From assembly GCA_017504435.1 (NCBI GenBank), contig JAFVRD010000035.1, forward strand, positions 24,606-88,605: a stretch of DNA of 64,000 nucleotides, read 5' to 3'. Below the pieces are notes generated by a model. That model did not search any database. It saw only the letters and a program-made list of their open reading frames with translations, and had not been told where the DNA came from. How positions within the stretch are numbered: the stretch's first letter is position 1; every line of letters begins with the position of its first letter. Source of the stretch: Lentisphaeria bacterium. Lineage in GTDB: Bacteria; Verrucomicrobiota; Lentisphaeria; Victivallales; Victivallaceae. Below are positions 38,695 to 49,363 of this stretch, in pieces. Position numbers and translations under genes: made by a program.

Positions 38695-39504
38695 ATGTAT
38701 TACGATTTTCATGCTCACTTCAATTCGCTTGATCCGGATCAAATTGATGTCTTTGCGAAAACTTGTGAAAAAAATCAGACCCGGGCGGTGATGAGTGCCG
38801 GCTCGAATGACAAGTTATCCGCCAATTGGGAGGAAATACTTAAATATTGCCGGAAATATCCGGATTGGATGCTGCCGGGAGCTAAAATCAAACTCTGGAA
38901 CACTCCTCCGGATGTGTCTGCAGTGCGAAAACTTAAGGATATGGGATTTGTTATGGCAAAATTCATCTGTCCTTTTTATGCTTATGACCACGAGATGTAT
39001 CTGCCGGTATATGAAGAACTGGAAAAGCTGAACATCCCGGCTCTTTTTCACACCGGGATCCACTCTGTAACAGAGGAAGATACCAAATATCGAATTCCGT
39101 CACTGTTGAATATGGAACCAGTTCGCCTTGACCGTATTGCCAGAAGTTTTCCCAAACTGAAAATAGTTGCTGCCCATCTGGGAACCAGTTTCTTCCGGGT
39201 GCAGGCTGCCCAGATGGCGAAAGTTTTTGCCAATGTGTATGTCGATCTCGCCGGAAGCGGTGCATGGAAAGGATTGACTCCGGAAGAGGTCGGATTTTAC
39301 ATGCGCAACACCATGAATCCTGGCGATACCGCATATTTCAAAAAATTGGTCTTCGGTTCGGACTGCTACGTCAAATATCCGGAAATCCAAACCGAAGCTA
39401 TCAAACATTATCTGAATATATGTGAACAAAATCACCTGGATCAGGAAACCATCGATGGTATTATGGGTAAAACCGTTGCCTCATGGCTGGAGATCAACGA
39501 TTAA
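38695..39504 (+). CDS. Amidohydrolase-family protein
   Basis: AGAGGA SD and ATG at 38695. Motifs YYDFHAHF (HxH), FHTG, AHLG and LVFGSDCY. Confidence 0.65.
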   Translation: MYYDFHAHFNSLDPDQIDVFAKTCEKNQTRAVMSAGSNDKLSANWEEILKYCRKYPDWMLPGAKIKLWNTPPDVSAVRKLKDMGFVMAKFICPFYAYDHEMYLPVYEELEKLNIPALFHTGIHSVTEEDTKYRIPSLLNMEPVRLDRIARSFPKLKIVAAHLGTSFFRVQAAQMAKVFANVYVDLAGSGAWKGLTPEEVGFYMRNTMNPGDTAYFKKLVFGSDCYVKYPEIQTEAIKHYLNICEQNHLDQETIDGIMGKTVASWLEIND

Positions 39505-40255
39505 GCCCGGCAAGAAATGCTTTGGTTCGCGCATGACGGGGTGAGATGATCAACGATTTAGCTTCACCCTCTTCCACAATAACCCCGTCAGCCATAAATA
39601 CGATCCTGTCCGCGACCTGCGCTGCAAAATCCATTTCATGAGTGACAATGACCATCGTCATGTGCTCTTCTGCCAACCCCCGGATCACGTTCAGGATCTC
39701 TTGGGTCAGTTCCGGATCAAGAGCCGAAGTCGGTTCATCAAAAAACAAAATATCCGGATGCAATGCCAACGCCCGGGCGATCGCAATTCGCTGCTGCTGC
39801 CCACCGGACAATTCACATGGATACGCTTGTGCGTGATCCAGCAAGCCCATTTTCATCAACAGCTGCATCGCTTCGGCATAAGCTTCTGCACGCGGTATGT
39901 GCTGCACATGCACCGGTGCATCAATGATATTATCCAATACCGACATGTGGGGAAATAAATTGAAATTCTGAAACACCAGACCGCAACGCTGATGTGCTTT
40001 TTTCAAGGTTTCTTTATCGGCGTACGCGAAACTCCCATTCTTATCCACACCGGCAACACATAAATCTCCAAAACATATTTCCCCGCCATCAGCACGTTCC
40101 AAAAGCGTAGCGCAGCGCAGCAAAGTCGTTTTACCGGATCCGGACGGTCCGATTATGGCAACAACTTCCCCCTCGTTCACACTCATGGAAATATCACAGA
40201 GCACCTGATGCTCCTTAAAACTTTTGGAAAGATGAGATACCTGAAAAACCTGCAT
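39494..40255 (-). CDS. Polar amino-acid ABC transporter ATP-binding protein
   Basis: Walker A GPSGSGKTT, signature LSGGQQQRIAIARAL, and Walker B ILFFDEPTSALD. Confidence 0.9.
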   Translation of the reverse strand: MQVFQVSHLSKSFKEHQVLCDISMSVNEGEVVAIIGPSGSGKTTLLRCATLLERADGGEICFGDLCVAGVDKNGSFAYADKETLKKAHQRCGLVFQNFNLFPHMSVLDNIIDAPVHVQHIPRAEAYAEAMQLLMKMGLLDHAQAYPCELSGGQQQRIAIARALALHPDILFFDEPTSALDPELTQEILNVIRGLAEEHMTMVIVTHEMDFAAQVADRIVFMADGVIVEEGEAKSLIISPRHARTKAFLAGLNR

Positions 40256-40260
40256 TTATT

Positions 40261-40968
40261 TCACCGGTAATAATTTAATTTTTTCTCAATAACTGCCATC
40301 CCGCCGGCGACCAGAATATTGAATATATAATAGAATATTCCCGCGATCACAAACGGCAGCATGGAGGAGGATGCACTGGAAATTTCTTTTGCCACTGTAA
40401 ACATCTCCAGAACCGACAGCGAAAATGCCAGAGAGGTATCTTTTACCAGCGTAATAACCTCATTAGTCACCGGCGGAATTATCCTCTTGATAACCTGCGG
40501 CAGAATAATACGTATAAAAGTCTGCCACCGGGTGTAACCGAGAACATACGCCGCTTCATACTGCCCTTTGGCGATAGATTCTATTCCGCCGCGGTATATC
40601 TCCGCAAAATAAGCCGCATAATTAAGGGAAAAGCCAATGATAACCGCCGAAAAACGGTATTCAATGCCGCAAAAAGACAACTCATTCAACTTGATGTTGA
40701 AAAGATAATATGGTCCGAAAAACCATACAAATAACTGCAGCATCAGCGGAGTACCGCGCATTATAGAAATATAAGCCCGGAATATATTGCGGAGAATCAC
40801 ACTTCCGGACATGCGCCCCAGCGCCACCAGTAATCCCAATGGCAAAGCAAATATCAACGTCAGAAAAAAGATTTCCGCAGATACCACCAATCCTTTCAGC
40901 AATTCAAGAGTCAACGGCAGCAGTTGAGCGGTTTTTTCCAACCCAATCGTCAATATGTCCACAATCAC
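40261..40968 (-). CDS. Amino-acid ABC transporter permease (His/Glu/Gln/Arg/opine family)
   Basis: Permease with an EAA-like loop (YEAAYVLGYTRWQTFIRIILPQ). Confidence 0.9.
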   Translation of the reverse strand: MIVDILTIGLEKTAQLLPLTLELLKGLVVSAEIFFLTLIFALPLGLLVALGRMSGSVILRNIFRAYISIMRGTPLMLQLFVWFFGPYYLFNIKLNELSFCGIEYRFSAVIIGFSLNYAAYFAEIYRGGIESIAKGQYEAAYVLGYTRWQTFIRIILPQVIKRIIPPVTNEVITLVKDTSLAFSLSVLEMFTVAKEISSASSSMLPFVIAGIFYYIFNILVAGGMAVIEKKLNYYR

Positions 40969-41747
40969 TTCCCGATGATCAAAACGTCTCTGCCATTGAA
41001 ATATTTTGCGGAAATTTGAGCCGCTGTCCCATCTTTGACCATTTCCAACAGAGTTTTCTGCACAGCATCACGCAACGTTTTATTGCCTTTGGCAAAACCG
41101 ATACCATACTTTTCAGAGATAACCACCTCTTCAAGCATACGGAAATTACCGCTTTTCATTTTTTCCTGTGCCACTCCGATATCCAATGCAACCGCGTCCA
41201 CACTGCCGGACTCAAGCTCCATAATAGCATTGTTATAATTAGGAGTCACGACTATTTTACGGAACTTTTTCCCAAGATCTTCGTGACGTGCGCCGCCTTT
41301 ATTCAATGCTTTCTGCACCGGAGTATCGGTTTGTACCGCGACATTTTTACCAGCCAGATCGGCGGCTTTGACTATATTGTCTTTGGCCCGTACCAGCAAA
41401 ACCTGACTGTTATCGACATATGGTTCGCTCCACTCATATTTATCTTCTCGGCCATTGATCGTAAAACCGTTCCAAATACAATCTATCATGCCGCTGTTCA
41501 ACTCCATATCTTTGGCATCCCAGTTGATCGGTTTCAACACCAGTTTCCAATTATTGCGTTTAGCGACCTCACGCGCCAGATCCAAGTCAAATCCGACATA
41601 TTCAGATCCCTGCTTGTAACCATAAGGAGGAAAATTGGCATCAAAACCAACTGTAAAACTCTTTTTCTGATCTCCACTTTGACCGCATCCGGCAAGCACG
41701 ATCATCAATACTCCGCACAACGCCATCACAACTTTTTTAACTGACAT
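40965..41747 (-). CDS. Amino-acid ABC transporter substrate-binding lipoprotein
   Basis: Lipobox LAGCG, and a family 3 SBP pattern (FDANFPPYGY...GFDLDLAREVA). Confidence 0.9.
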   Translation of the reverse strand: MSVKKVVMALCGVLMIVLAGCGQSGDQKKSFTVGFDANFPPYGYKQGSEYVGFDLDLAREVAKRNNWKLVLKPINWDAKDMELNSGMIDCIWNGFTINGREDKYEWSEPYVDNSQVLLVRAKDNIVKAADLAGKNVAVQTDTPVQKALNKGGARHEDLGKKFRKIVVTPNYNNAIMELESGSVDAVALDIGVAQEKMKSGNFRMLEEVVISEKYGIGFAKGNKTLRDAVQKTLLEMVKDGTAAQISAKYFNGRDVLIIGK

Positions 41748-41839
41748 AGCAACACCCCGTAATATAACAATTTGTTCAGGTTAAAATACCGTTCCTTAAT
41801 ATACCGCCGCAAACACTTAAATGCAAATAAGCAAAGATG

Positions 41840-42334
41840 CTATTTGACCACAAGTTCCACCGCAAGTTCGGTTACAAACCATCGCCCCTCTTGTTTTTCC
41901 GCCCTTCCCTTGACTGCAACTACCTCTTCCCGAAACATTCGGTCTTTGTAAACCATTTTCACACTGGCATCAAAAGAAAAATCCGCCCGGTTTTCTGATA
42001 CAGAAATATGCAAATTCCCAGTTTCAACATCCATTTTTACCACACCGCGATGTAACAGTATCAACACGGTACGCAATTTATTCCGCGGCAGTTTCTGGTC
42101 AAACTCCGGATACTCTGAATACACTCTGACCGGATCGGCAAAAATTGTATCGATCCCGGAATACTTCAATATTCCATGATGCGGAACTTTTGACGGAACT
42201 TTATTGCACAATTGAATCATGTTGTTCAACAGTTTTTTCACCGCCCGCTGATCCCGGGTCGCATACCAGTAATATAAACCTGCAGTGATCAGTAATATTG
42301 CGATTATCCCTATTGCAAGAATAAGTTTTTTCAA
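41840..42334 (-). CDS. Membrane-anchored hypothetical protein
   Basis: N-terminal TM segment (LILAIGIIAILLITAGLYYW). Start/stop overlap with lepB. No domain recognised. Confidence 0.5.
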   Translation of the reverse strand: MKKLILAIGIIAILLITAGLYYWYATRDQRAVKKLLNNMIQLCNKVPSKVPHHGILKYSGIDTIFADPVRVYSEYPEFDQKLPRNKLRTVLILLHRGVVKMDVETGNLHISVSENRADFSFDASVKMVYKDRMFREEVVAVKGRAEKQEGRWFVTELAVELVVK

Positions 42335-42870
42335 AACAGCAATCCTCCGACTATACGTTCAAGTCTCACCTCTCCGAATACATGTTCTCCGGGATGCTGC
42401 GCCCGATTGTCCCCAACGACAAAACAATGCCCGGGGGCAACGGTCAAAGGTTTGATATTCCAATTTCCCCGGTAACGGACGTATGGCTCATCAAGCTTTT
42501 CACCATTGACGAATACCGTGCCGTTACGGAATTCGACTTCTTCTCCAGCCAACGCAACAATGCGTTTCAACAGATAACGCTTTCCGAAATATGAAATAAC
42601 CACCACATCGCCTCTTTGAAGTTTTTTATACCGGTAGCGCAGTAAATTGCAGAAAACCAGACCGCTGCGGTCATAGGCAGGCTGCATACTTTCTCCATTG
42701 ATAAAGCATGGCCGCAGTACAAATCCGAACAGCAGAATTGCGGATATCACCACCAGCGACATCCGCAACAATACCATTTTGGTCAGCTTCGGGAAAAAAA
42801 ATTCCTTTACGGCATGTTTGACGTGCAGTCTGAATCCAGAGGAAAGAAATTTTTTCATATTCATTTCCAC
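42331..42870 (-). CDS. lepB: Signal peptidase I
   Basis: S26 boxes: NGESMQPAY (Ser), KRIVALAGEEVEF (Lys) and VVGDNRAQ. Confidence 0.8.
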   Translation of the reverse strand: MEMNMKKFLSSGFRLHVKHAVKEFFFPKLTKMVLLRMSLVVISAILLFGFVLRPCFINGESMQPAYDRSGLVFCNLLRYRYKKLQRGDVVVISYFGKRYLLKRIVALAGEEVEFRNGTVFVNGEKLDEPYVRYRGNWNIKPLTVAPGHCFVVGDNRAQHPGEHVFGEVRLERIVGGLLF

Positions 42871-42891
42871 TGCTGATCAAATTCAGCCGGT

Positions 42892-43992
42892 TTACTGTTT
42901 CATCCGGGCCATACGCCGTTTTTCTTCAGCTTCCATCAGCGGCAGAAAACGTCCTTTATCGCTGGATTTCATATAAGCTTCTTCGGCTGAAATATTGCCG
43001 GCATCCAATTCCTGCTGAATGGAGTTATCCATTGATTTCATGCCGCGTCCGACACCGGCATCAATGATTGTACGGATATTGGATATCTGTCCTTCGCGGA
43101 TCGTGTTGGGCAACCCATCGCTCCACAACAGAACTTCATGCACGGCGACACGGCCGCCGCTGAGCGTCCGGCACAACAGCTGGGAGACGATTCCCTGCAG
43201 ACACTCTGCCAACATAGTACGGATCTGAGCTTGTTCATCAGCAGGAAATGCATCAATAATACGGTCGATTGTCTGCGGAGCATTATTGGTATGCAAAGTG
43301 GCAAAAACCAACATCCCCATTGCAGCACAAGTCAATCCCAGACGCATGGTCTCATTGTCACGCATCTCACCGATCAGCACAATATCCGGGTCAGAACGCA
43401 TCGCTCCGCGCAAAGCCTGCGGAAACGATGGACTGTGAATCCCCACCTCACGATGAATGATCGTGGAAAGTTTATTCTGATGAACAAACTCAATCGGATC
43501 TTCAATGGTAATAATGTGTTTGCTCTCATTCTCGTTGATATAGTCGATCATCGCCGCCAGAGTTGTGGATTTTCCGGAACCTGTAGGTCCGGTAACCAGC
43601 ACCAATCCGGATTTATAAGTACAGATCTCTTTGAGTACCTGCGGCAATGCCAACTCATCCAAAGTCAATATTTTACTGGGGATCTGACGCAGAACACACG
43701 CCATACCGTGGTAATTGTAGAAAAAATTACACCGGAAACGTGCCAATCCGGGAATTTCATGGGCAAAATCCAAATCATGAGTTTTCATGAATGTTTCCCA
43801 CCGTTTCTCCGGCAGACAGATCTCTTTCATCAGAGTTTCCATAGATTCCGAAGTCAGGATGTTATCATCCAACGGGCGGATATTGCCGTGAAAACGGGCT
43901 TTTGCCGGAAAATTTATGGACAAATGCAAGTCAGACCCGCCGTCAGCAAGCATCTGGCGTAAATAACTGTTGATAATCGGTTCGTTTTCCAT
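42892..43992 (-). CDS. pilT: Type IV pilus retraction ATPase PilT
   Basis: GGSDLHL, Walker A GPTGSGKSTT, IITIEDPIEF, DPDIVLIGEMRD and ATLHTN. Confidence 0.9.
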   Translation of the reverse strand: MENEPIINSYLRQMLADGGSDLHLSINFPAKARFHGNIRPLDDNILTSESMETLMKEICLPEKRWETFMKTHDLDFAHEIPGLARFRCNFFYNYHGMACVLRQIPSKILTLDELALPQVLKEICTYKSGLVLVTGPTGSGKSTTLAAMIDYINENESKHIITIEDPIEFVHQNKLSTIIHREVGIHSPSFPQALRGAMRSDPDIVLIGEMRDNETMRLGLTCAAMGMLVFATLHTNNAPQTIDRIIDAFPADEQAQIRTMLAECLQGIVSQLLCRTLSGGRVAVHEVLLWSDGLPNTIREGQISNIRTIIDAGVGRGMKSMDNSIQQELDAGNISAEEAYMKSSDKGRFLPLMEAEEKRRMARMKQ

Positions 43993-44006
43993 AGTCGTTC
44001 TTCCTG

Positions 44007-45470
44007 TTATTTCTTTTTGTTCGCCATTGCTTCCCGCTGGGCATACAGTGCATTAAGCTGGGAGATCACTGTCTGATCTTTCATTACCGCCAGCGCAGCA
44101 TCATGAGTCATCAGACCTTCAGTGAATTTTTCCAATGCACACTGATCAAATGTACACATTCCCTGCTTATTGCTGGTGACCATGGTGGATTCCAGCCGGA
44201 AAGTCTTGCCTTCACTGATGATATTGGCAACTGCCATGGAATTCAGCATGATTTCATAAACAAGTGTCAATCCGCCGAAACCGTCAGGAACCAGTTTCTG
44301 ACAGATAACCCCGCGCATACTTCCGGCGGTCATTGCCCGGATCTGCGGCTGCTGCGACGGCGGAAACACATCAAGCAGACGGTTCAGGGTAGTCGCAGCA
44401 TTGCCGGTATGCAAAGTACCGATAACCAAATGCCCGGTTTCTGATGCGGTAATGGCATTTTCAATTGTTTCAAGGTCGTGCATTTCTCCGATCACAATAA
44501 TATCCGGGTCCTCACGCAAAGCAGCTTTGAGAGCGGTACGATAGCTGGCAGTGTGTTTACCGATTTCACGTTGGGAAACCTGACAATTTTTGGAGATTTG
44601 AAGTATCTCAATGGGATCTTCCACGGAAATGATGTGATCGCTCCGTTTCTCATTTATGATATCGGTCATTGCTGCCAGAGTAGTAGATTTTCCACTGCCG
44701 ATGGGCCCGGTGACCAGCACCAGACCGTTGTGATAATCCAACAGTCGTTTTATATAGACGACATCTTTGGGCAGGAATCCCAACTCTTCCAATGAACTGA
44801 TATGATCAGCAACCAAACGATAACTGCCGGCAATACCCTCTTTTTGTTCCATCAGGCAAACCCGGAAACGGTTTTCTCCGACCTCAAGAGCAGAACTTAA
44901 ATCCTGACATTCTGCAAACTTTTTGCGATCTTCTTCAGACAGCAGTGCCGTATTCAACCTTTCCGCATCACTGGCGGTAAGCACATAACTGTCAAGTCGT
45001 TCTATCTGACGCATACGCCGCACAAACGGAGGCGATCCGGCAGAAATGTGCAGATCGCTGCACCCCAGTGCCCGTACTCCGGTCAACAGCAGAACCATCC
45101 GTTCCGCGACCTCCTCATCACTCAAAGAAGATACATCACTGAGCCCGGGCAAATCACTGTAACCGCTGACACCGGTCACATCTGCCGCTTCATAACTGAC
45201 CACATCATCTTCCTGCCCCGGAAACACTCCGGCTGCAGCCTGTTGGCAGGCATAATCGACCAACGCCTGAATCTGTTCCACCAAATCATTCTGTTCAGAT
45301 AGTTCCAAACCTTCGCAAAGCCGTTCAACGACAGCCTCTGCAAACACACCCAAATCCTGAGTACGTCCCAAAGTTTCCCAGAGTTGACCGGCATCCTCAT
45401 CAGACAAAACGCCGTTGTCCGCCAACACATAAGCGAACCATTGAATATCCAGCGGTGTTTCCGGTATCAT
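44007..45470 (-). CDS. PilT/PilU-family ATPase with ~130-aa acidic N-terminal extension
   Basis: CSDLHISAG, GPIGSGKSTT, IISVEDPIE, DPDIIVIGEMHD and GTLHTGN. The N-terminal 130 aa have no recognisable domain. Confidence 0.8.
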   Translation of the reverse strand: MIPETPLDIQWFAYVLADNGVLSDEDAGQLWETLGRTQDLGVFAEAVVERLCEGLELSEQNDLVEQIQALVDYACQQAAAGVFPGQEDDVVSYEAADVTGVSGYSDLPGLSDVSSLSDEEVAERMVLLLTGVRALGCSDLHISAGSPPFVRRMRQIERLDSYVLTASDAERLNTALLSEEDRKKFAECQDLSSALEVGENRFRVCLMEQKEGIAGSYRLVADHISSLEELGFLPKDVVYIKRLLDYHNGLVLVTGPIGSGKSTTLAAMTDIINEKRSDHIISVEDPIEILQISKNCQVSQREIGKHTASYRTALKAALREDPDIIVIGEMHDLETIENAITASETGHLVIGTLHTGNAATTLNRLLDVFPPSQQPQIRAMTAGSMRGVICQKLVPDGFGGLTLVYEIMLNSMAVANIISEGKTFRLESTMVTSNKQGMCTFDQCALEKFTEGLMTHDAALAVMKDQTVISQLNALYAQREAMANKKK

Positions 45471-45681
45471 TCAAATGTCTCCTTTTTTCAATGGTATTTT
45501 GTATCTTTTCACGTTACACTGATTATACAATACAACATTTTTTTCTCAAGTCAACCGCAAAAACAGTTTTATGGAATAAAAAAAACCATAAGGTATTTGA
45601 AAAAAACTGCGATTGGCGTTATATTACATTAACAGTTTGGTATGTTTATGCCCTTTTACTCAAATTTATGGAGGTAACCCC

Positions 45682-46569
45682 GTGAGTTTTAATCTGTTGG
45701 TATTTGTCAAGCAGGTTCCGGATACGCAGAATATTTCCGGCGATGCGATGACACCCGAAGGTACGGTCAACCGTGCTGCCCTCCCGGCAATCTTCAATCC
45801 TGAAGACCTCAACGCCCTGGAACTGGCCCTTCAATTGAAAGACCGTTATAACGCCCATGTCACAGTGGCTACAATGGGTATGCCGGCTGCTGCAGAAGTC
45901 CTGCGCCAGTCGCTCTATCGCGGTGCAGATCGCGGAATTCTGGTAACTGACCGCGCACTTGCCGGTGCCGATACTCTCGCGACCAGTTACACTCTCAGCT
46001 GTGTTGCCAAGAAACTTGGTAATATTGACCTCGTTCTCTGCGGACGGCAGGCTATTGACGGAGACACCGCACAGGTCGGTCCTCAAATCGCCGAAAAATT
46101 GCACATCCCGCAAATCTGCTATGTCGAAGAGGTCAACAGCCTCGAACCCGGCAAGATCGTCGCCAAACGTGCGATCGAAGGCGGTTATGAGATTCTCTCT
46201 TCGCCGCTTCCCGCTTTGCTGACCGTCATTGATGCCAATGATCCGCGTCCCATCAATGTCAAACGGATGATGAAATTCAAACGCGCCCGTACCGCCGGTG
46301 AAATCGACATGGCTGCCAAAAAAGGCGAAATCGCCGATGCCGAAGCATGCAAAGCTGATCTGAAAGCCCGCGGCTTGCTCATGGATGAGTATTCCGCAGC
46401 CGATATCAATGCCGATCCATCACGGATCGGATTCCCCGGCTCACCGACCAAAGTCAAACAGGTCATGAGCGTTGTCCTCACCGCCGGTGAAGCAAAAACC
46501 GTTTCCGCCGATGCCGAAGGTATCGCCGGACTTATGCACGAACTTATCAGCGATCACACTCTGGGGTAA
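45682..46569 (+). CDS. etfB: Electron transfer flavoprotein subunit beta
   Basis: GTG at 45682 lies 7 nt after GGAGG. VFVKQVPDT..., NPEDLNALELAL, and GRQAIDGDTAQVG. Confidence 0.9.
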   Translation: MSFNLLVFVKQVPDTQNISGDAMTPEGTVNRAALPAIFNPEDLNALELALQLKDRYNAHVTVATMGMPAAAEVLRQSLYRGADRGILVTDRALAGADTLATSYTLSCVAKKLGNIDLVLCGRQAIDGDTAQVGPQIAEKLHIPQICYVEEVNSLEPGKIVAKRAIEGGYEILSSPLPALLTVIDANDPRPINVKRMMKFKRARTAGEIDMAAKKGEIADAEACKADLKARGLLMDEYSAADINADPSRIGFPGSPTKVKQVMSVVLTAGEAKTVSADAEGIAGLMHELISDHTLG

Positions 46570-46574
46570 GCAAA

Positions 46575-47597
46575 ATGGCCAATATTGGAAACGTCTGGGT
46601 TTTTATTGAACAGGAACAGGGCAAAATCGCCGGAGTCAGCTTGCAGCTGGTCTCCAAAGGCCGTGAACTTGCCGATCGTCTCGGAGTCAAACTGGAAGGT
46701 ATCCTGCTGGGAGATAATCTCTCCGGATGTGTTGATACTCTCTACCATTACGGCTGCGACCGGGTAATCCTCGCAGAAGACAGCCGCCTGGAACCTTTCA
46801 CCGTACTGCCGTATGCAAAAGTCATCATGCAGCTCATTCTTGAGCATAAACCTAATATCCTCCTTTTCGGAGCGACCCTCAAAGGCAGAGAACTTGCCCC
46901 CCGTATCGCTTCAGAAAAACTTGCCGGTTTGACAGCAGACTGCACCGATTTGCAGATCGATGATTTTGAAGACAAAAAGAATAATCAGAGTTACACCGAC
47001 AAACTTATGCAGATCCGTCCTGCATTCGGCGGCAATATCATCGCCACCATCGTCAACACCTGGGATGATCCCCAGATGGTCACCGTGCGTGAAGGCGTGA
47101 TGAAACTCGGCGATGCCGACACTTCCCGTACCGGTGAATTGCTCAAAGTCGATGTCAAACTTGATGATACCGATACGGTTGTCAAAGTTATTGAGCGCGT
47201 CCGTGCCGACAAAGAAGTCGATCTGCAGGGTGCTCAAATTATTGTCGCCGGAGGTTACGGCGTCGGTTCTAAAGAAAATTTCAAACTCATCTATGACCTT
47301 GCCGAGGCAATCGGCGGTGAAGTCGGTGCCTCCCGCGCCGCAGTTGACGCCGGTTGGATCAGCCATGATCATCAGGTCGGACAAACCGGTGTCACCGTAC
47401 GTCCGCGCCTCTACATTGCCTGCGGTATTTCCGGTTCAATTCAGCACACTGCCGGCATGAGCGAATCCAAAAAGATCATCGCGATCAATACCGATCCCGA
47501 TGCACCGATTTTCAGCTGCGCTCATTATGCGATCGTCGGTGACTTGAATCAGGTTATTCCGCAAATGATCAAAGCGTTCAAAGCCAAGCAGCAGTAA
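46575..47597 (+). CDS. etfA: Electron transfer flavoprotein subunit alpha
   Basis: C-terminal FAD-binding pattern: VGASRAAVDAGW...QVGQTG..V.P.LYIACGISGSIQH. Confidence 0.9.
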   Translation: MANIGNVWVFIEQEQGKIAGVSLQLVSKGRELADRLGVKLEGILLGDNLSGCVDTLYHYGCDRVILAEDSRLEPFTVLPYAKVIMQLILEHKPNILLFGATLKGRELAPRIASEKLAGLTADCTDLQIDDFEDKKNNQSYTDKLMQIRPAFGGNIIATIVNTWDDPQMVTVREGVMKLGDADTSRTGELLKVDVKLDDTDTVVKVIERVRADKEVDLQGAQIIVAGGYGVGSKENFKLIYDLAEAIGGEVGASRAAVDAGWISHDHQVGQTGVTVRPRLYIACGISGSIQHTAGMSESKKIIAINTDPDAPIFSCAHYAIVGDLNQVIPQMIKAFKAKQQ

Positions 47598-47614
47598 CAG
47601 GAGAATTTCTTACG

Positions 47615-49345
47615 ATGTTGAACTATTTTTCTGACAATAAAGATCTCGAATTCACTTTGGGGTCACTGGAGCTTGCCGAAATCACTGAACGGTTGGAGAA
47701 CAACTATCGGCATGCGGAAAAATTTGAATCCGCGCCTGTGGATTTCAAAGATGCCATGGATAACTATGAGCGTGCACTCAAAGTCATCGGTGAAATTGCT
47801 GCGGAACGTATTGAAGCCCGTTCCCGTACCGTTGACCAGGAAGGTGCGAAATTCAAAGACGGCAAAGTCATTTATCACCCGTTCACCCTCCAGAACCTCG
47901 AAGATCTCACTCAAGCCGGTCTGATGGGCGTTATGCTCGGTCATGAATACGGCGGTTTGAACTTCCCGGTCTCAGTTTACACGATGATGACCGAAATCGT
48001 TTCCCGTGCCGATGCATCTCTGCAGAACATTTTCGGCTTGCAGGATATCGCAGAAACCATCAGCTTTTTCGGCAACGATGAACAAAAAGCCCAATATCTG
48101 CCCCGCTTCGCAACCGGCGAACTCGACGGTTCAATGGATTTGACCGAACCTGATTATGGTTCAGACCTCCAGTCAGTGCGTCTGCGTGCGTGGCAGGATG
48201 AAAACGGTCAGTGGTACCTCAACGGCATGAAACGCTTTATCACCAACGGCTGTTCCAAAGTGCATCTGGTTCTGGCCCGTTCCGAAGAAGGTACGACGGA
48301 TGGACGCGGCTTGTCCATGTTTATCTGTGAAGCATGTCCGCAACTGGTGGTGCGCCGCATTGAAGATAAAATGGGTATTCACGGAGTTGCGACCTGCGAA
48401 TTGCAATTCAATGATGTACCTGCCCAGCTCTGCGGCAAACGCCGTCTCGGATTGATCCGCTATGTTATGAGTTTGATGAATGGTGCCCGCGTGGCAATCA
48501 GTGCCCAGGCTGTAGGTATTGCCGAGGCTGCCTACCGTCAGGCCCGTAAATACGCTTCAGAGCGTGAACAATTCAAACGCAGCATTGATAAATTCCCGGC
48601 GATTTTCTCCATGCTCAGTTCCATGAAAGTCCGGCTCACTGCCGCCCGCGCCCTGCTCTACGAAACCACCCGGATCGTTGACTTGCGCAATGTTTACACT
48701 CATATCGTGGAACACGGAACTCCCACTGATGAAGATCGCGTCAAACAGAAATATTACACCAAACTGGCAGCTCAGCTCACTCCGATGTGCAAAGCTCTTG
48801 CCACTGAAAGTGCAAATTCTATTGCCTATGATGGTATTCAAATCCATGGCGGTACCGGTTACATGCGGGATTTCAACGCGGAACGCTACTACCGGGATGC
48901 CCGTATCACCAACATCTACGAAGGTACCACCCAGTTGCAAATCGTTGCCGCCATCGGCGGAGTCATGCAGCGCGATGCAGATACCAGAATTAAAGAGTTA
49001 TGCGAAATCAAGCTGCCTGACAATTTGGCAATTTTGCGGAACAAACTGGTGGAATTGCACGCAAAACAGCTTGATGCGGTTAAATTTGTATCTGAAAAGC
49101 GCACTGATGACGGAGCAAAAGATACCGCATACCATGATTTGATGGCACGCAATCTGGTGGAAATGGAAACCTACATTTTTGTCGGATTGCTGTTGTTGCG
49201 TGACGGTGCGATCTGTGCCGATCGTGCCCCGATCGCAGAAAGATATGTTTTGGATGCTGTTGCAGAATTCAACCGCCGCTATGCGGTCATCACATCCGGT
49301 GACGATTTGCTGATCCAGAACCACCGCGACATCATTGATTACTGA
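47615..49345 (+). CDS. Acyl-CoA dehydrogenase (long, ~576-aa form)
   Basis: LTEPDYGSDL, KRFITNG, and IHGGTGYMRDFNAERYYRDARITNIYEGT. Confidence 0.85.
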   Translation: MLNYFSDNKDLEFTLGSLELAEITERLENNYRHAEKFESAPVDFKDAMDNYERALKVIGEIAAERIEARSRTVDQEGAKFKDGKVIYHPFTLQNLEDLTQAGLMGVMLGHEYGGLNFPVSVYTMMTEIVSRADASLQNIFGLQDIAETISFFGNDEQKAQYLPRFATGELDGSMDLTEPDYGSDLQSVRLRAWQDENGQWYLNGMKRFITNGCSKVHLVLARSEEGTTDGRGLSMFICEACPQLVVRRIEDKMGIHGVATCELQFNDVPAQLCGKRRLGLIRYVMSLMNGARVAISAQAVGIAEAAYRQARKYASEREQFKRSIDKFPAIFSMLSSMKVRLTAARALLYETTRIVDLRNVYTHIVEHGTPTDEDRVKQKYYTKLAAQLTPMCKALATESANSIAYDGIQIHGGTGYMRDFNAERYYRDARITNIYEGTTQLQIVAAIGGVMQRDADTRIKELCEIKLPDNLAILRNKLVELHAKQLDAVKFVSEKRTDDGAKDTAYHDLMARNLVEMETYIFVGLLLLRDGAICADRAPIAERYVLDAVAEFNRRYAVITSGDDLLIQNHRDIIDY

Positions 49346-49363
49346 TAAGGAGTATTTATTTTT

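Noticed and set aside
40839-41744. 301-aa plus-strand ORF opposite the ABC transporter SBP and permease genes
   Set aside because: The minus-strand genes carry textbook ABC motifs and a lipobox. The plus-strand product has no recognisable features.
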